Assembly (NCBI RefSeq): GCF_009914755.1
Contig: NC_060943.1
Origin: the human T2T-CHM13v2.0 reference genome, Homo sapiens
Length of the DNA stretch: 64,000 bases
Strand: one strand, 5' to 3'
The translations under genes and the position numbers were made by a program. Positions 31,125 to 45,904 of this stretch are shown here, in pieces; the stretch's first letter is position 1, and each line of letters begins with the position of its first letter. A model generated the notes under the pieces. That model made no database searches and was not told the DNA's origin. It worked only from the letters and a program-made list of their open reading frames with translations.

Positions 31125-31659
31125 CTGAAAGAGAAACCTGGAGTCAGGGGCGCCTGCAGAGGGGCGGCAGTTGCTGTTTGGGGGCTCGGGGGATGCCGGC
31201 CCAACCTTGCCTTGAGCCACGTCCTCCATTCACAGTGAAGCAGCTGGGGCCTGCCCTGAAATGTGGCTCTGATGCTGCCAGGTGTCTGGGTGGGTCCCTG
31301 TGCCCTGTCCAGGCCGCCTCTGGGAGCTGCTGGGGGTGGAGGGTGCTGACTACTCGGGGCAGCGAGGGGACAGCAGCTGGCTCCCAAAGTCCCCTGGGTG
31401 CGGCTGCTCCGGGTTTTAAGGTGGCATGGAAGAGCCGTGGGCCAAATTATCTTTGCTCCCTGAAGTCTGTACACAGCAGGAAAACCACTCCTTGGCTGCC
31501 CCAAAGCCCGGCGTTCACGCCAATGTGCAGAGAACAGGCGGCTTCCACAGTTTCTGTACACGTTGCGGGGCCCTGGCCACCGACTCTTAGAGTGCTGTGG
31601 CTTCTGGGTAGTAAGAGTGCAGGGACCCCGCCATTCATCAAGCATCATCTCGTTTCTTC

Positions 31660-32266
31660 CTGGAGGCCATCCCACGCAGCCCAGCAAGTCCACTCCAAGG
31701 TGTGGACCCCGAAGAACTGAACACAGGAGTGCACACAAACACCCGCCCACACGCCCACGCAGCCCCGTTCACGACGGCCACAGAGAGGGAGCGCGTGCAC
31801 AAACACCCGCCCACACACGCCCACGCAGCCCCGTTCACGACGGCCACAGAGAGGGAGCGACCGTGCAGCACGGAGGGACGAGCGGTCAGCACAGCGCGGC
31901 CAGCCACGCACCGGAACACAACTCAGCCAGGAGAGGAACCAGGCTTTGACCCGGGCCGCAGCGCGGATGTCACGTTCCGTGACAGACGCCGGACACAAAA
32001 GGCCACACAGTGTGTGATCCCATTTCTATGAAGTGTCCAGGACAGGCCGATCCACAGAGGCAGGAGGGGGCTGCGTGGGTGCTGTGCTGCAGGAGGAGCT
32101 TGGGAATGACTGCTCCTGGGGACGGGGTTTCCTTTTGGGGTGACGGAATGTTCTGGAACTGGACAGAGGTGCCAGCTGCACGTTGTGGATGTGCTAAGCG
32201 CCACTTGATTGTGCGCTTTCACGTGGAAATCTCTCCCTATGTGTGTGTTACCACAATAAACAGAAA
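31660..32266 (+). mobile_element. L1MB-like 3' end, strongly GC-shifted
   Basis: CCCAGCAAGTCCACTCC, GACACAAAAGGCCACA, GGGGTTTCCTTTTGGGGTGA..ATGTTCTGGAA and a terminal CAATAAA match L1MB 3' landmarks. Confidence 0.75.
31729..31860. repeat. 66-bp tandem duplication (2 copies) inside an L1M remnant
   Basis: GTGCAC...CCCACGCAGCCCCGTTCACGACGGCCACAGAGAGGGAGCG repeated at 31729-31794 and 31795-31860. Confidence 0.9.
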
Positions 32267-32604
32267 ACTCTGGGTGGTGTGTCCGAGGCCTCCCCTGCGT
32301 GGCGGGACGCCCAAGGACAACCTCCTTCCAGAGCCAGCGGTGCGATGGGGACTGTGAACTTGGACAGAGCCCCAAATCCTTCCCAGTGCTGATAAAACTT
32401 GTGGTTTTGATGTTTTGAGACACTGCTGTGTCCTGGCACGGGTGGGCCCGTTTCTGTGGCTTGTTCTTTATCGAGCTGCAGCTCTGTCCGGGCGGCAGAG
32501 CAGTGGGACCTGCGAGTGTCCTCTCTCTGGGCTGCTCAGAGCACACCGCCCTCTCCCCACAGGCCCGGCCAAGCCCCGGCCGTCCCACCCAGGAGGGTCC
32601 TCAC

Positions 32605-32758
32605 CTCTCCCATCACAGCGATCGGCGTCTCTCCGGTGGCCTCCGCGACGCGGTGCTCCACCAGGTAGAACATGTACTCGTCGTAGAGCAGGCGGATGAG
32701 GTGGAAGGAGCCGAAGCTGGCAGCGCTGCGCAGGGTCAGGTCCCGGATCACCATGGAG
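32605..32758 (-). CDS. RFX2: RFX2 exon, dimerization domain end (SMVIRDLTLRSAASFGSFHLIRLLYDEYMFYLVEHRVAEATGETPIAVMGE)
   Basis: gtccccag|CTCCATG...GGAGAG|gtgag; 154 nt. Confidence 0.97.
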
Positions 32759-33570
32759 CTGGGGACAAGCGGACAGAGGCTGGGGACCCTCAGGGGAGCA
32801 TGGAACCCGGGCCCCAGGCCAGACTTCATGGCAGCAACACACCCCCTGCTCTACGTTCCCTGGGGAACCCAGAGGCTGAGTGATCCTAAGACGTGCAGGC
32901 CTACGCGGGGGCTGACGGGCTGCCGAGACCCTGGGCCCACGTGACGGACAGGTGGGGCCGGCCTGCGCGCTCAGTTCCAGAGACCACCTGGGGAACAGGA
33001 GAGGGAGATGGGCAGTCAGCCCCAAAGCGACAGGCTGCGGGAAACAACTGTGGCTGGTGCTAGCGCAGGCGCTAGATGGGATCTTAGCTGGTGAGTCTTT
33101 CTAGTGACATTTCGGACTCCGAATCAGAGCACAGGCTGGCAGCTGGTGCCTGTCTCCCCAGCAGGAGGTGCCTTTCCCCACCTTCCCCGTATCCTTGCCA
33201 CCTCCCGCCATTCCTCAGCCTGTGGTTTCAGGCACCTAAAAACAAGACAAAAAGCCAGGGTGCTTTAGTCTCTGTCAGCGAAAGCAGGGGTTTCAGAGAC
33301 TTCAGCCCAGATCCAGTCCGCGTCCAGCCCTCAGCCTGTGTGCTGACAATGCTTTACATTTTGAAATGGTTGGAAAAAGTCAAAAGAATAATTATATTCG
33401 GTGGCACGTGGAAATTACATGAAATTCACATTTTGGTGTCCACAGACAGTTTCACTGGCACGCGTCATGCCCGTTCCTATGTTGTCTTTCCTAGGATGGC
33501 TGCAAATACTACCTGGTTCTTTCTGGGAGAGGCGGCCCCTGACCTAAAGGATCAGTATAAGACCAAAGGG

Positions 33571-33942
<372 letters not shown>

Positions 33943-34518
33943 CTACAAGCCAGGCGGCCCCCAATGCCCAACTGCCCCGGCTCGAAGTATACTTTCATAA
34001 GCTCTGTTACGTCTAATCGGTATCGAGCGATAAAAAGAAGACACAGGCTTGAGAAAGGCAAAGACAGCCGCACTATGAAGACCACCAAAGCTGTCTATCC
34101 TTAAGTGTCAAGCATAGCTGCAAAGCCCCCAGCCCCCTCCTGTTCCTCCGGGCCCACCCAGGTTGGCTTCCAAGCCCCCTTTCCCCAAAGGCCTCCCCCA
34201 CGCAGATGAGGTGCTGGCACTCTGCAACCAGCTTCCCCACAGCCCCGGTGTCTGGTGCGATGCTTCAGTCCAAAGTATTTCCAGAACATCGCCTGCGGTC
34301 ACCCCGGTATCTCTGGGTTCCCAAATGGGCTCGCAGCTCCCAGAGAGTAGGAGCATCGGCCGACCACCACCAAGGGAGGCCCAGCCAGAGCTTGGGGATG
34401 ACCAGCCAAGGCCTCAGTCCACATGCTACCATTTTCTAGTGGGTGCTACAGAAATAAATCCCGTAAACCTAATTTTTATTTTTTATGACTGCACTGCACG
34501 TGCATAAGAATGAAGTCA

Positions 34519-34957
<439 letters not shown>

Positions 34958-35530
34958 TCAATTCTTCCGCTTGCAACCTTCCCTCTGTCCATGGAGACTG
35001 GCATCGGCATCCCTACGCTGTCTCTTCCCTTGCTCTTCCTCCCTCATTATCCCAGTGTGGCTTTATTGTAATTTCTGGCTACACTGGTGTTTCTGTTATG
35101 TGGCAGTGGTGTGCTAGGTCCATGGCAGAGCCGCATAGTCTATTAGGCGTGTGGTTCCTCTCATTCATTCACTGAGCCAGCATTTAAACAGAAGTGAGGT
35201 CCCGGCACTCGGGTAGCTTGCCTGATCATGCAGGAGACAGACAACAGACAAGTGAACAGATGACAGGTGACGGTCAATGCCAGGAGAAAGGCAGGGCATG
35301 GGGCATGCAAAGTGGGAAAGAATGGGCCGTCTTATTTACAGAGGCTGGGGGTGAGGGATTTCTCTGCGGATGATGGGTTTCTCTGTGTGGCTGTCTGGGG
35401 GAAAGATGTTCCAGGCAAGGGGGGCAGGTGCAAAGGCCCTGAGGCAGCGTGGCCAGGGGAGTGTGTAAGGAGACAGCTGAGAACAGGGGTGCTGGCTGGC
35501 CAGCTGAGGGGTCAGCAAACTTGTTCTTAT

Positions 35531-35857
<327 letters not shown>

Positions 35858-35989
35858 TAGTAAATATTTTCAGCTTTGTAGCCAACAGTCAAACTGTTTT
35901 GTTTGCATTGACAGCTGTAGCTGATCTGTGAATTAATGCATGTGGCTGAGGTTCCAATAAAACTTTATTTGCACAATGGGCTGGGGCAG

Positions 35990-36353
35990 TGATATGGTTT
36001 GGCTCTGTGTCCCCACCCAAATCTCACCTTGAATTGTAATGATCCCCATGTGTTGTGGGAGGGACCTGGTGGGAGGTAATTGAATCATGGAGACAGATGT
36101 TTCCTGTGCTGTTCTCTTGAGAGTGAATAAGTCTCATGAGATGTGATGGTTTTATAAAGGCGAGTTCCCCTGCACATGCTCTCTTGCCTGCCGCCATGGA
36201 AGATGTGCCTTTGCTCTTCCTTGGCCTTCCGCCATGCTTGTGAGGCCTCCCCAGCCAGGTGGAACTGTGAGTCCATTCAACCTATTTTTCTTTATAAATT
36301 ACCCAGTGTTGGGTATGTCTGTATCAGCAGCATGAGAATGGACTAATAATACA
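35990..36353 (+). mobile_element. THE1-type MaLR solo LTR, nested in a MER58-like element
   Basis: TGATATGGTTTGGCTCTGTGTCCCCACCCAAATCTCA...GGACTAATA(AT)ACA termini. Confidence 0.9.
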
Positions 36354-36825
36354 GGTGGGGATAACAATTTGGCCCTGTGGCCATAGCTCATCCATGCGCT
36401 GGGTCACGTGGGGCCTGTCAGCCACAGAACAGCTTTGTTTTTTCCTGGGGTAATAACTGGCTCTTTTTTTAAAAATGCACATTTTCCATGTACTCAGGGA
36501 GACTAAAACTCCTTGACAGAACTGCAGGAGGCATCTTGGTGCCTTTCCTGGGGACAATCCCTCTGGAAGCCTTGGCTCCCCTGCCCTGGTCTGCACAGGT
36601 TAGGTCTGTAGCTTGGAAATGATTTCCCTTCAGAGCTCTCAGGACATCGCTCTACTGCCTTCTGGGTTTCTGCACATTGTTCGGAAGTCTAATGCTGCTC
36701 CCATCCCCAGCCTGTTTCTTTCTCTCTGGAAGCTTTTATGGTTGTTTCTCAAACTTGGTGTTTCGATATTTCACCAGGAGCCTCCTTGTGCCCTTCAGTT
36801 CTGAGATAGCTTTGTTCCCCCCTTA

Positions 36826-37100
36826 GAGATGGGGTCTTGCTCTGTCACTCAGGCTAGGGTACAGTGGTGCAATCTTGGCTCACTGCAGCCTGGACCGCCT
36901 GGGCTCAAGGATCCTTCCACCTCAGCCTCACAAGTATCTGGGACCACAGGCACATGCCACCACGTCCAGCTAAGTTTTTTTACTTTTTGTAGAGGTCCTG
37001 ATATTTTCCCCAGGGTCGTCTCAAATTTCTGGTCTCAAGCCATCCTCCTGCCTTGGCCTCCCAAAGTGGTGGGATTATAAGTATGAGCCACCATGCCCAG
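36826..37100 (-). mobile_element. AluJ-like
   Basis: Reverse Alu consensus. Confidence 0.85.
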
Positions 37101-37359
37101 CCCTCAGTGATGATTTCTGTCTGCAGAACTTGCAACTTAGTATTTAGGCCACGGTGGCCTTCTGGGCCTGCCCCTGGGAGCCGCTGGTCATGAGTGAGGC
37201 CCCCAGCCAGGTAGTTGTTTTTTGCGGGTTCAGACACTGCTGCAACTCTGCTGAGCCCTGTTTTGCTCTGAGCTCACCAGCCGAGCCCCCTACCCTCTAG
37301 AAGTTTCTCTCAGAGCCCCCCACCCGCCAGAATTCTCTCGGAGGTCTGGTGGGACTAAC

Positions 37360-37568
37360 CTGTAAAAGGACCATTTCAGCAAGAACTGCCGGGCGGCCTT
37401 GGGGAAGCTGGGGCTGCCGGCATGCTGCTTCAGGACCTGGGTGACCACACTGTCCAGCCAGCTGGCCCACTGGTCCAGGGAGCTCTGCTGCTGCAGGGTC
37501 AGCTTGAAATCCTGCTCCAGCCGCTGCACCACACTCTCCTCGCACTGGCACACCCACGAGGCCTGCTC
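37360..37568 (-). CDS. RFX2: RFX2 exon, dimerization domain (EQASWVCQCEESVVQRLEQDFKLTLQQQSSLDQWASWL...FLLKWSFY)
   Basis: cccacag|GAGCAG...TACAG|gttagt; 209 nt. Confidence 0.97.
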
Positions 37569-38265
37569 CTGTGGGCAGGGCAGAGGCCAGTGTCAGCAAT
37601 GTGGACCCCCAGCCACGGCAGCCCTCCCTGGACCTAGCCATGCTCAGGGCGGGACATCGTGCTGTGCTTGAGCCTTCTCGCCCTTGACCTTGACAGCTGC
37701 AAGCCAAGTCCTGTGTCTCCCGTCACAGGGGCAGAATAGAGAGCTGAGGGGGATCGTACCCGGCTTCCGGGGACTCATACCCAGGTCTTTCTGGATCAAA
37801 GCTCATGCTATATGAGGTCTTTGTTTAGCTTTGTTTCAAAGGGGTCACTTCTAAATGTATGTGTGTGCGTTTATTTATTTAATGGATAGACGCAGGGCCT
37901 GAAATAAGCATAGCTCGGAAGCTGCTGTGGGCCGACACTTTGCCAAGCCCAGGGGACAGAGCCAGGAAAATGGCCACAGGGAGGTCAACGTGGTGCCACG
38001 ATCCTGGAAGCTGGGGGCCTTTGTGAGGAAAATGAGCAGAAGTGTTGGCCACAGCGCCTGGACGCCAGAGGGCCCTGAGAGATGATGGAGTGGAGAGAGC
38101 TGGGGGCTGTGGGTGGGCTTTGGCCTGGGACCCGTGTCATGCAACAGAACCGTGGCCAGGCTCGGGGCAGGGGCCAGGTTGTGCCACGGGCTCCACTTGG
38201 TGGGTTTGCTGGTTTTGCTGGAGGGCGGGAAGCCCGGGCCCTGGGGACGGTGTGGAGGAAGTCAC

Positions 38266-38415
38266 CTGCACGTTGGCAAAGTCCACGCGGTTGAGGTCGC
38301 TGAGCATCTGGTTGATCTGGGACGTGTTCTGCAGCACCGCCCGGGCCGCCTGCGCCAGGTGGTTGAGGGACGTGTAGCGCCGCAGCGTCTGGGCGAAGGC
38401 ACTGACGACGCCCAC
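38266..38415 (-). CDS. RFX2: RFX2 exon, dimerization domain (VGVVSAFAQTLRRYTSLNHLAQAARAVLQNTSQINQMLSDLNRVDFANVQ)
   Basis: cttacag|GTGGGC...GTGCAG|gtgac; 150 nt. Confidence 0.97.
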
Positions 38416-38736
38416 CTGTAAGCCAGGGCTCGTGGTGAGCAGGGGTTCGCGGGGAGAGCCTGTTCCGCTGCGCTCCTTGCAGGGGTGTGTGGGCTCAGGG
38501 ACAACACAGGGAGGAGGGAGCAGGAAACAGCAACCTGGGCAGGGAAGAGGGAACCTCCTGCTATTCTTAAGGACCCAGTGTGTGAGAATCAGTGAAGAGG
38601 AGACCTCGCCGGCACATCACACACGTCGCTAACTGAGGCCTGCGTGCTGCTGAGTTAGAATTCACAACTGTTGCCATGCCCACTTCTAGAGTCCCTGTGG
38701 TTCTCTGGAGGGGCTGTTGAGACCACAGACTCCTGA

Positions 38737-38934
<198 letters not shown>

Positions 38935-39035
38935 TGATCAATGCTTGCATCACTGCCTAACAGATCAATTCCGAAGAGCAGGCGGGTGCCCTGCAGCTGC
39001 CTCCTCTCACCCAAGAGCCCTTCAGGAAATGCTCA

Positions 39036-39410
<375 letters not shown>

Positions 39411-39745
39411 CTACATTTCAAATTCGACTGATTTGTGGCCAAGATTGCAGCAATAAGGGTCACAGCAAGGAGATTAAATTTCCCGAATAAGATGAGCACA
39501 GAAACACGCAATCTGTTCTGAATTGACCCAAAGATGTGACATCAAATGACATCTTCTGTTGTTCCCCTTCCTGCCAGCACTGACGCGTCACCGGCAGTGT
39601 GCTCAGGGCTTCCTGAAGGGATCGGTTACTCTCATGACACAGGGAAGAAGCCAGCGCTCTCTGGGACACAGTGGTCCTCATGCTGTCCTGGACTGGAGCC
39701 CCTCCCAGCCATCGTTGGGGAGCCCAGGCCCCACCCCGGACGCAC

Positions 39746-39843
39746 CTTGGTCTGGATGACCTGTTGTGGGAAGTCACTCATGGCATTTGTCAACCAGCCT
39801 TCCAAGCTCTTGGCAAAGTTACGGATGGCCTGTGTCAAGGTAC
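39746..39843 (-). CDS. RFX2: RFX2 exon (STLTQAIRNFAKSLEGWLTNAMSDFPQQVIQTK)
   Basis: cccccag|GTACCTTG...ACCAAG|gtgcg; 98 nt; conserved TQAIRNFAKSLE motif. Confidence 0.96.
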
Positions 39844-40381
39844 CTGGGGGATACAGACCATGATATTACCAGGGAGAAAGGCAGTGACTGGACCCTGGAA
39901 ATCAGCATTCAGTGTAAGAGCTGGCCCAAGTGCGATGAAAATGACCACCATGAAGAACGAGCCACACAGGCGACGGGGAACCGAGGACACTTAGAAACGG
40001 GAAGAACCAGGCATGGCCCAGCGCTGCTGGTCACCACCCACTGCCTATGCGGGTCTCACAGGGGCGATTCTGCCCCAGGGGACACTGGGCAATGTCTGGG
40101 GACGTTAATGGTGGTCATGACTGCAGGGTGCCTCAGGCATGGAGTGGGTGGAGGCTAGGGATGCTCCTCAGCACCCCACAGTGCCCAGGAGGGCCCCACC
40201 CCAGACAACGATCCAGCCCCAGATATCAACAGTGCCAAGGGAAAGAGGCCTTGACACAAACACACACACACACGTAAATACATTCTACCAACTTCCTAAT
40301 TTATTTTAAAGTGGGTTAGAATAAGAAGCAAATGATCAGACTGTTAAAAAAAAAAAAAACCAAAAAACAAAAACAGAAAAA

Positions 40382-40662
40382 GGCCAGGTGTGGTGGCTGA
40401 CGCCTGTAGTCCCAGCACTTTGGGAGGCCGAGGTGGGCGGATCACCTGAGGTCCGGAGTTCGAGACCAGCCTGGCCAACATGGTGAAACCCTATCTCTAC
40501 TAAAAATACAAAAATGATCTGGACGTGGCGGTGGGTGCCTGTAGTCCCAGCTATTTGGGAGGCTGAGGCAGGAGAATCACTTGAACCCAGGAGGCAAAGA
40601 CTGCAGTGAGCCTCCTGCAATCCAGCCTGAGTGACAAGAGCAAAACTCTGTCTTAAAAAAAA
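40382..40662 (+). mobile_element. AluS
   Basis: Forward Alu consensus. Confidence 0.88.
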
Positions 40663-41663
40663 CCAGAAAAATATTTTAAAATGCAAAAGGAAAGATACCC
40701 CAAACTCCCACCATAACATAGAAACTCAGACGAGGCATTGCCCTGAACAGTTTTCAGGCAGACAGGCAAGGCCAGGCCAAATGAGAAATGCAATACTTTT
40801 GCTGTTTCCCATCTTCCAGCAAAGGGAGCATAGAGTTTACTCAACAGGACGGAGAGCTGCCTGGTACTAACGGGCATGCATATTTGTGGATGGCCTGAGG
40901 GGCACGGTCCATGGGCCCGGATGTTTGTGGATGGACTGCGGGGCATGGCCTGTGGTCCTGATGCTGTGATTTATGAAGAGAGGCCTCTGTGCCCAGCTTC
41001 CTTGACGACCCCCAGGGTTTTGGGGAGCTTGGCACGGGCCTGGCCCGAGGGCTCCCTCGTGGTGGGTGCTGTCATTGCCTCAGGAGCTGGAGGCCCTGGG
41101 AGGTCTCCAAGGGCACGAGTGATCTCTGCCGTGGGCCTAGCTTCCTTCCTCACTGTGCCTGTCACTCTCTCCCCACCCCACCAAGTCCTGTGGGAAATCA
41201 CAGGGTGGGGCGCTGGGGTGTAAATGTCTCCTGGAATCCCACGGTGCTGGGAAGTGGGGTCTGGCTGGGGGTTAAAGGTCAGCCTCTACCCTAACAGGCT
41301 GCAGGAGTCCAGGGCCATGTCCCAGCTTCTTCTTCTGAGTTTATGTCCCTGCCCCTCCTACAGGGGTGGCACTCAGGATGTGTCACAGTGGGGCTTAAGG
41401 GAGGCTGGAGGAAGGTGGCTGGTGGTCGTCTGCAAGACCAGGGTGCGCAGCAACCCCACATGGCCCTGGGCCAAGGCCTCCCGCACAGTGACGGCTCCAG
41501 GGCTGCACACAGGCTACTCCCAGAGGCCGGCCTGCATGCCCCCAGTGAACCTTCTAGAAAGCACCGAGCCCAGCCCAGCTACTCTTGGCTGTGTCCTGAC
41601 AGCAGGTAGAGCTCACCAGAGCCACTGTGACCTTCCCCTCGAGTCAGAGACAAGGACAAATAA

Positions 41664-42436
<773 letters not shown>

Positions 42437-42556
42437 ACTTTTGGGTTTTCTGTGAAAGCGATGGTCTGAGGTGGCTGAAGACGTACATGTAAGAAAGGAC
42501 AGAGGAGGCAGGAAGAGAGGATGGAGCAGCGCCGGGCGGGGCCGTGGGTCACTTAC

Positions 42557-42711
42557 TGGGGACCGGCCTCAGCACGTCGGGGATGAGAATCTCCACCAGC
42601 GCCTGGTAGAGGATGTGGTCGCAGCTCCTCATCCACCTGAGGATGGGGTCGCACTGACACAGGGAGATAAGCTTGTCCTTGGGCAGGACGGCGCCCTCGG
42701 GGTCTTCGTCA
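42557..42711 (-). CDS. RFX2: RFX2 exon, region C (DEDPEGAVLPKDKLISLCQCDPILRWMRSCDHILYQALVEILIPDVLRPVP)
   Basis: ctccacag|TGACGAA...CCCA|gtaagt; 155 nt. Confidence 0.96.
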
Positions 42712-43234
42712 CTGTGGAGGGAGGGGGGACAGGTGAGCTGTGGCCTGGCCCAGGTGGGCTCACTCAGCCACGGGAGCGAGCAGAGAGCCGGGCTGCGGGA
42801 CTTTTGCCCAACAGTGGGGCTGGGGTTTTGCTCCCCATCCCTGAGCCTCGATGGGTCCCCTCCCTCCATGTTGCTCCCGGCGCCTCCGTGTTTCCCCCTG
42901 TCCCTCACTGTCCACGCTGTCCCTCCCCTGCCAGTGGTCATACTGTCATACTGCGTCTCACTGCAGCTATGGGTTGGGGTCACTTCTACTTGGGATTGCA
43001 TCATGGTCACCTCTAAAATCCTCCCTATTCAAACAGTCTGACCCTGCAAAGGGGCGGATGGCAATGTGAATTTCAAGTCAACTCTACCAAGTCTAAAAAT
43101 TACAGGGATGGAGGCAGAGGGGTCTGAACCCTGATTCTTGGAGAGCTGAGGCTTTCGTTTGTGGGTTACCTGTGGACGTCAGCAGGGGGTTAAGTCTGGG
43201 GTGGCTGTGAACCCAGCCAGGGTGTGGCAGTCAC

Positions 43235-43347
43235 CTGGCAGGAAGAGAGGTGGGGCCGTCGCTGGAGGAGGCCTTAGAGTTCCAGAAGGAGAGCCACAGC
43301 TTCTCGATGTAGTGGAACTGGAGGTTCATCACCACATCTACAGTTGC
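43235..43347 (-). CDS. RFX2: RFX2 exon, region B (ATVDVVMNLQFHYIEKLWLSFWNSKASSSDGPTSLPA)
   Basis: ttcctag|GCAACT...GCCAG|gtgac; 113 nt. Confidence 0.95.
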
Positions 43348-43650
43348 CTAGGAATGAAGGGACCGGTGAGACAGACGGGTGCGTGCGCCCATCACGTGCA
43401 CTCAGCACACGTCAAGTGAGCAGCCGTGATCCGGGCTACAGCGGGGTGCCCTGGAATCCCAAGGGAGGCCACAGAGAGGAGAGGAGCAGGCGATGGACAT
43501 GGATGCGGAGGGGCTGCTGCTTCAGAGAGGATGCTTGTTGGGGGGCTCGGGGCTCCAGCTCCTCAGCGTCACCCGGGGACGCCTGGCCTGAGCGCTGGCG
43601 GTTCCCGGGAGGGACACGCAGGAGCTGCCTGCCTGGGCTGGGGCGGTCAC

Positions 43651-43769
43651 CTCGCAGTGCCGTCTGTACACCAGCTGCAGGGCCTTGACGTCGTGCAGTG
43701 TGACGCCGTCCTGCAGCAGGAAGCTGCCCAGGTCGGGCGCTGGGAACTCGGGGAAGACGTGGGAGACAT
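43651..43769 (-). CDS. RFX2: RFX2 exon ([40 protein letters not shown])
   Basis: cccccag|ATGTCTCC...TGCGAG|gtgac; 119 nt. Confidence 0.95.
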
Positions 43770-43896
43770 CTGGGGGAGGAACACGGGAACATCAGAAATG
43801 GCGAGGCTCTTAGGACACCGTGGACAACTGGAAGGCCACGGTGGATGGGGGCCCAGAAACAGATGTTCTGCCCCACCCCATGCAGTCAGGGAATTT

Positions 43897-44522
43897 GTTT
43901 TTTCTTTCTTTTTCTTTTTCTTTTTTTTTTTTTTGGAGACAGGGCCTTGCTCTGTTGCCCAGGCTGGAGTGCAGTGGCACGATCTCGGTTCACTGCAACC
44001 TCCAGCTCCTGGGATCAAGCGATTCTTCTGCTTCAACCGCCCGAGTAACTGGGATTACAGGTGGGCGCCACGATGCCAGCTAATTTTTGCATTTTTTAGT
44101 AGAGACAGGATTTCGCCTTGTTTTGGCCAGGCTGGTCTCGAACTCCTGACCTCAGGTGATCTGCCCACCTCGGCCTCCCAGAATGCTGGGATTACAGGCG
44201 TGAGCCACCATGCCCGGCCATTTTTTTTTTTTTTTTTTTTGAGATGGAGTCTCGCTCTGTCACCCAGGCTGGAGTGCAGTGGCACGATCTTGGCTTACTG
44301 CAACCTCCTCCTCCTGGGTTCAAGTGATTCTCCTGTCTCAGCCTCTTGAGTATTTGGGATTACAGGCACGTGCCACCACGCCTGGCTAAGTTTGTATTTT
44401 TTTTGGTAGAGATGGGGTTTCGCCATGTTGGCCAAGTTGGTCTCAAACTCCCAACCTCAAGTGATCTGCCTGCCTTGGCTTCTCAAAGTGCTGGGATGGC
44501 AGGCGTGAGCCACCGTGCCCAG
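43897..44522 (-). mobile_element. Two tandem minus-strand AluS (~43897-44219 and ~44221-44522)
   Basis: Reverse Alu bodies; CAGTCAGGGAATTT flanks the pair. Confidence 0.9.
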
Positions 44523-45122
44523 TACAGTCAGGGAATTTCTAAGCATCAGTTTTCTCAGGTAGAAAATGGAGAGGATATTGTCACCTCCTAGGAACATTAA
44601 ATATGCAGACACAGAGAAAGCCCTGAGCCCAGGCCCTGGCACACAGCAAGTACCCACAGAGCCAGCTCAGGGCAGCACATCTCGGGGAGAAGGCCAGCCA
44701 CGGTGTCCCTGCAGTGACCTCCTGGAGATGGGCCTGACCCCACCTCAATCTCTGCCGAAGACTCAACCCAGGAGGGTTCTGTTTGGGCTCAAAAAAGATC
44801 ATAAACGACATGGAAGCCACTGAGTGTGTACAGAGCCCACCTGAATCATGACATGCCAGTGAGCCTTCCTTGGCCGCCCCCCACCCCCCTGCCCTCCCTC
44901 ATGGCAGGCTCTGAGTTAGGGCCTTCCCGGGGCAGAGATGGCACCACCACTAAGCCAGCTGGGGAAGAACGCTGTCCCTTGAGCAGCCCCCAGGGAAGAG
45001 GCCAAGACTGCCTCATGTTGGGGAACCAGAAGCACCCCAAAAGCTCCAGGCAAGAAGGAAGAAAGCCCAGATAGCAGGCAAATCCTGGTGCACCCTGAGT
45101 AGAGAATATCTAGCGTTCTTTC

Positions 45123-45404
45123 TTTTTTTTTTTCTTTAATTTTAAAGGCAGAGTCTCGCTCTGTCACCCAGGTTGGAGAGTAGTGGCGTGATCATGGCTC
45201 ACTGCAGCCTCGAACTTCTGGGCTCAAGTGATCCTCCTGCCTCAGCCTCCTGAGTAGGTGGGACCACAGGAGCTTGCTACTATGCCTGGCTAATTTTTTA
45301 AGTTTTTAGTATGTTGCCTAGGCTGGTCTTGAACTCCTGAGCTCAAGTGATCCTCCCGCCTTGGCCTCCCAAGGTGTTGGGATCACGGGCATGAGCCGCC
45401 TGTC
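45123..45404 (-). mobile_element. AluJ-like
   Basis: Reverse Alu consensus. Confidence 0.85.
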
Positions 45405-45680
45405 CTCTAGTGTTCTTTCTGATGGTCATTTGATTTTATTTTCTCATTTTTCTGATGGTCATTTTATATATTAATTTTTTTGGCATGTGCTGATTATTCT
45501 AAAGTCTCAGGGATGTCAGAAAGAAGGTTTATCGAAAACTTTCTATTTGTCCGAAAAGGTGTCTCGTAAGAAAACTGTCGGAAGCAGACGCTTAGACACC
45601 ACTGGTTCTGCTGGTGTTGAAACCCAGGAGTGTGGCGAGCAGATGGGAGCCCCGCCCCCGGGCCTGACCGGGCCTCTCAC

Positions 45681-45796
45681 CTATGTACTGCTGGTGGTGC
45701 TGGCTCTGCACGGCCATGGTCTGTTCCGGAGTGCTGTGCAGGCCGCTGTGGGAGCCGCTGTCCCCGAGGCTGTCCGTCTTCTGGGCTGGCCGGTAC
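45681..45796 (-). CDS. RFX2: RFX2 exon (YRPAQKTDSLGDSGSHSGLHSTPEQTMAVQSQHHQQYI)
   Basis: cctag|GTACCGG...CATAG|gtgag; 116 nt; phase 2-1 keeps the frame. Confidence 0.94.
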
Positions 45797-45904
45797 CTAG
45801 GCCAGGAACACGCATACCATCATGAGGCCCAGCAGCCCTGCTGCGGGTGGGCCCAAAGACTGGGGGGCTGGGCAGGATTCAGTCAGGCATGTGTGTGTGA
45901 TGTT

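Noticed and set aside
38670-38683. X-box half-sites (GTTGCCATG here; others at ~2573, ~12700, ~54636)
   Set aside because: Only half of the palindrome matches; expected by chance in 64 kb.
43426-44349. 307-aa plus-strand ORF
   Set aside because: Antisense of an RFX2 exon fused to two reverse Alus; typical Alu-derived peptide.
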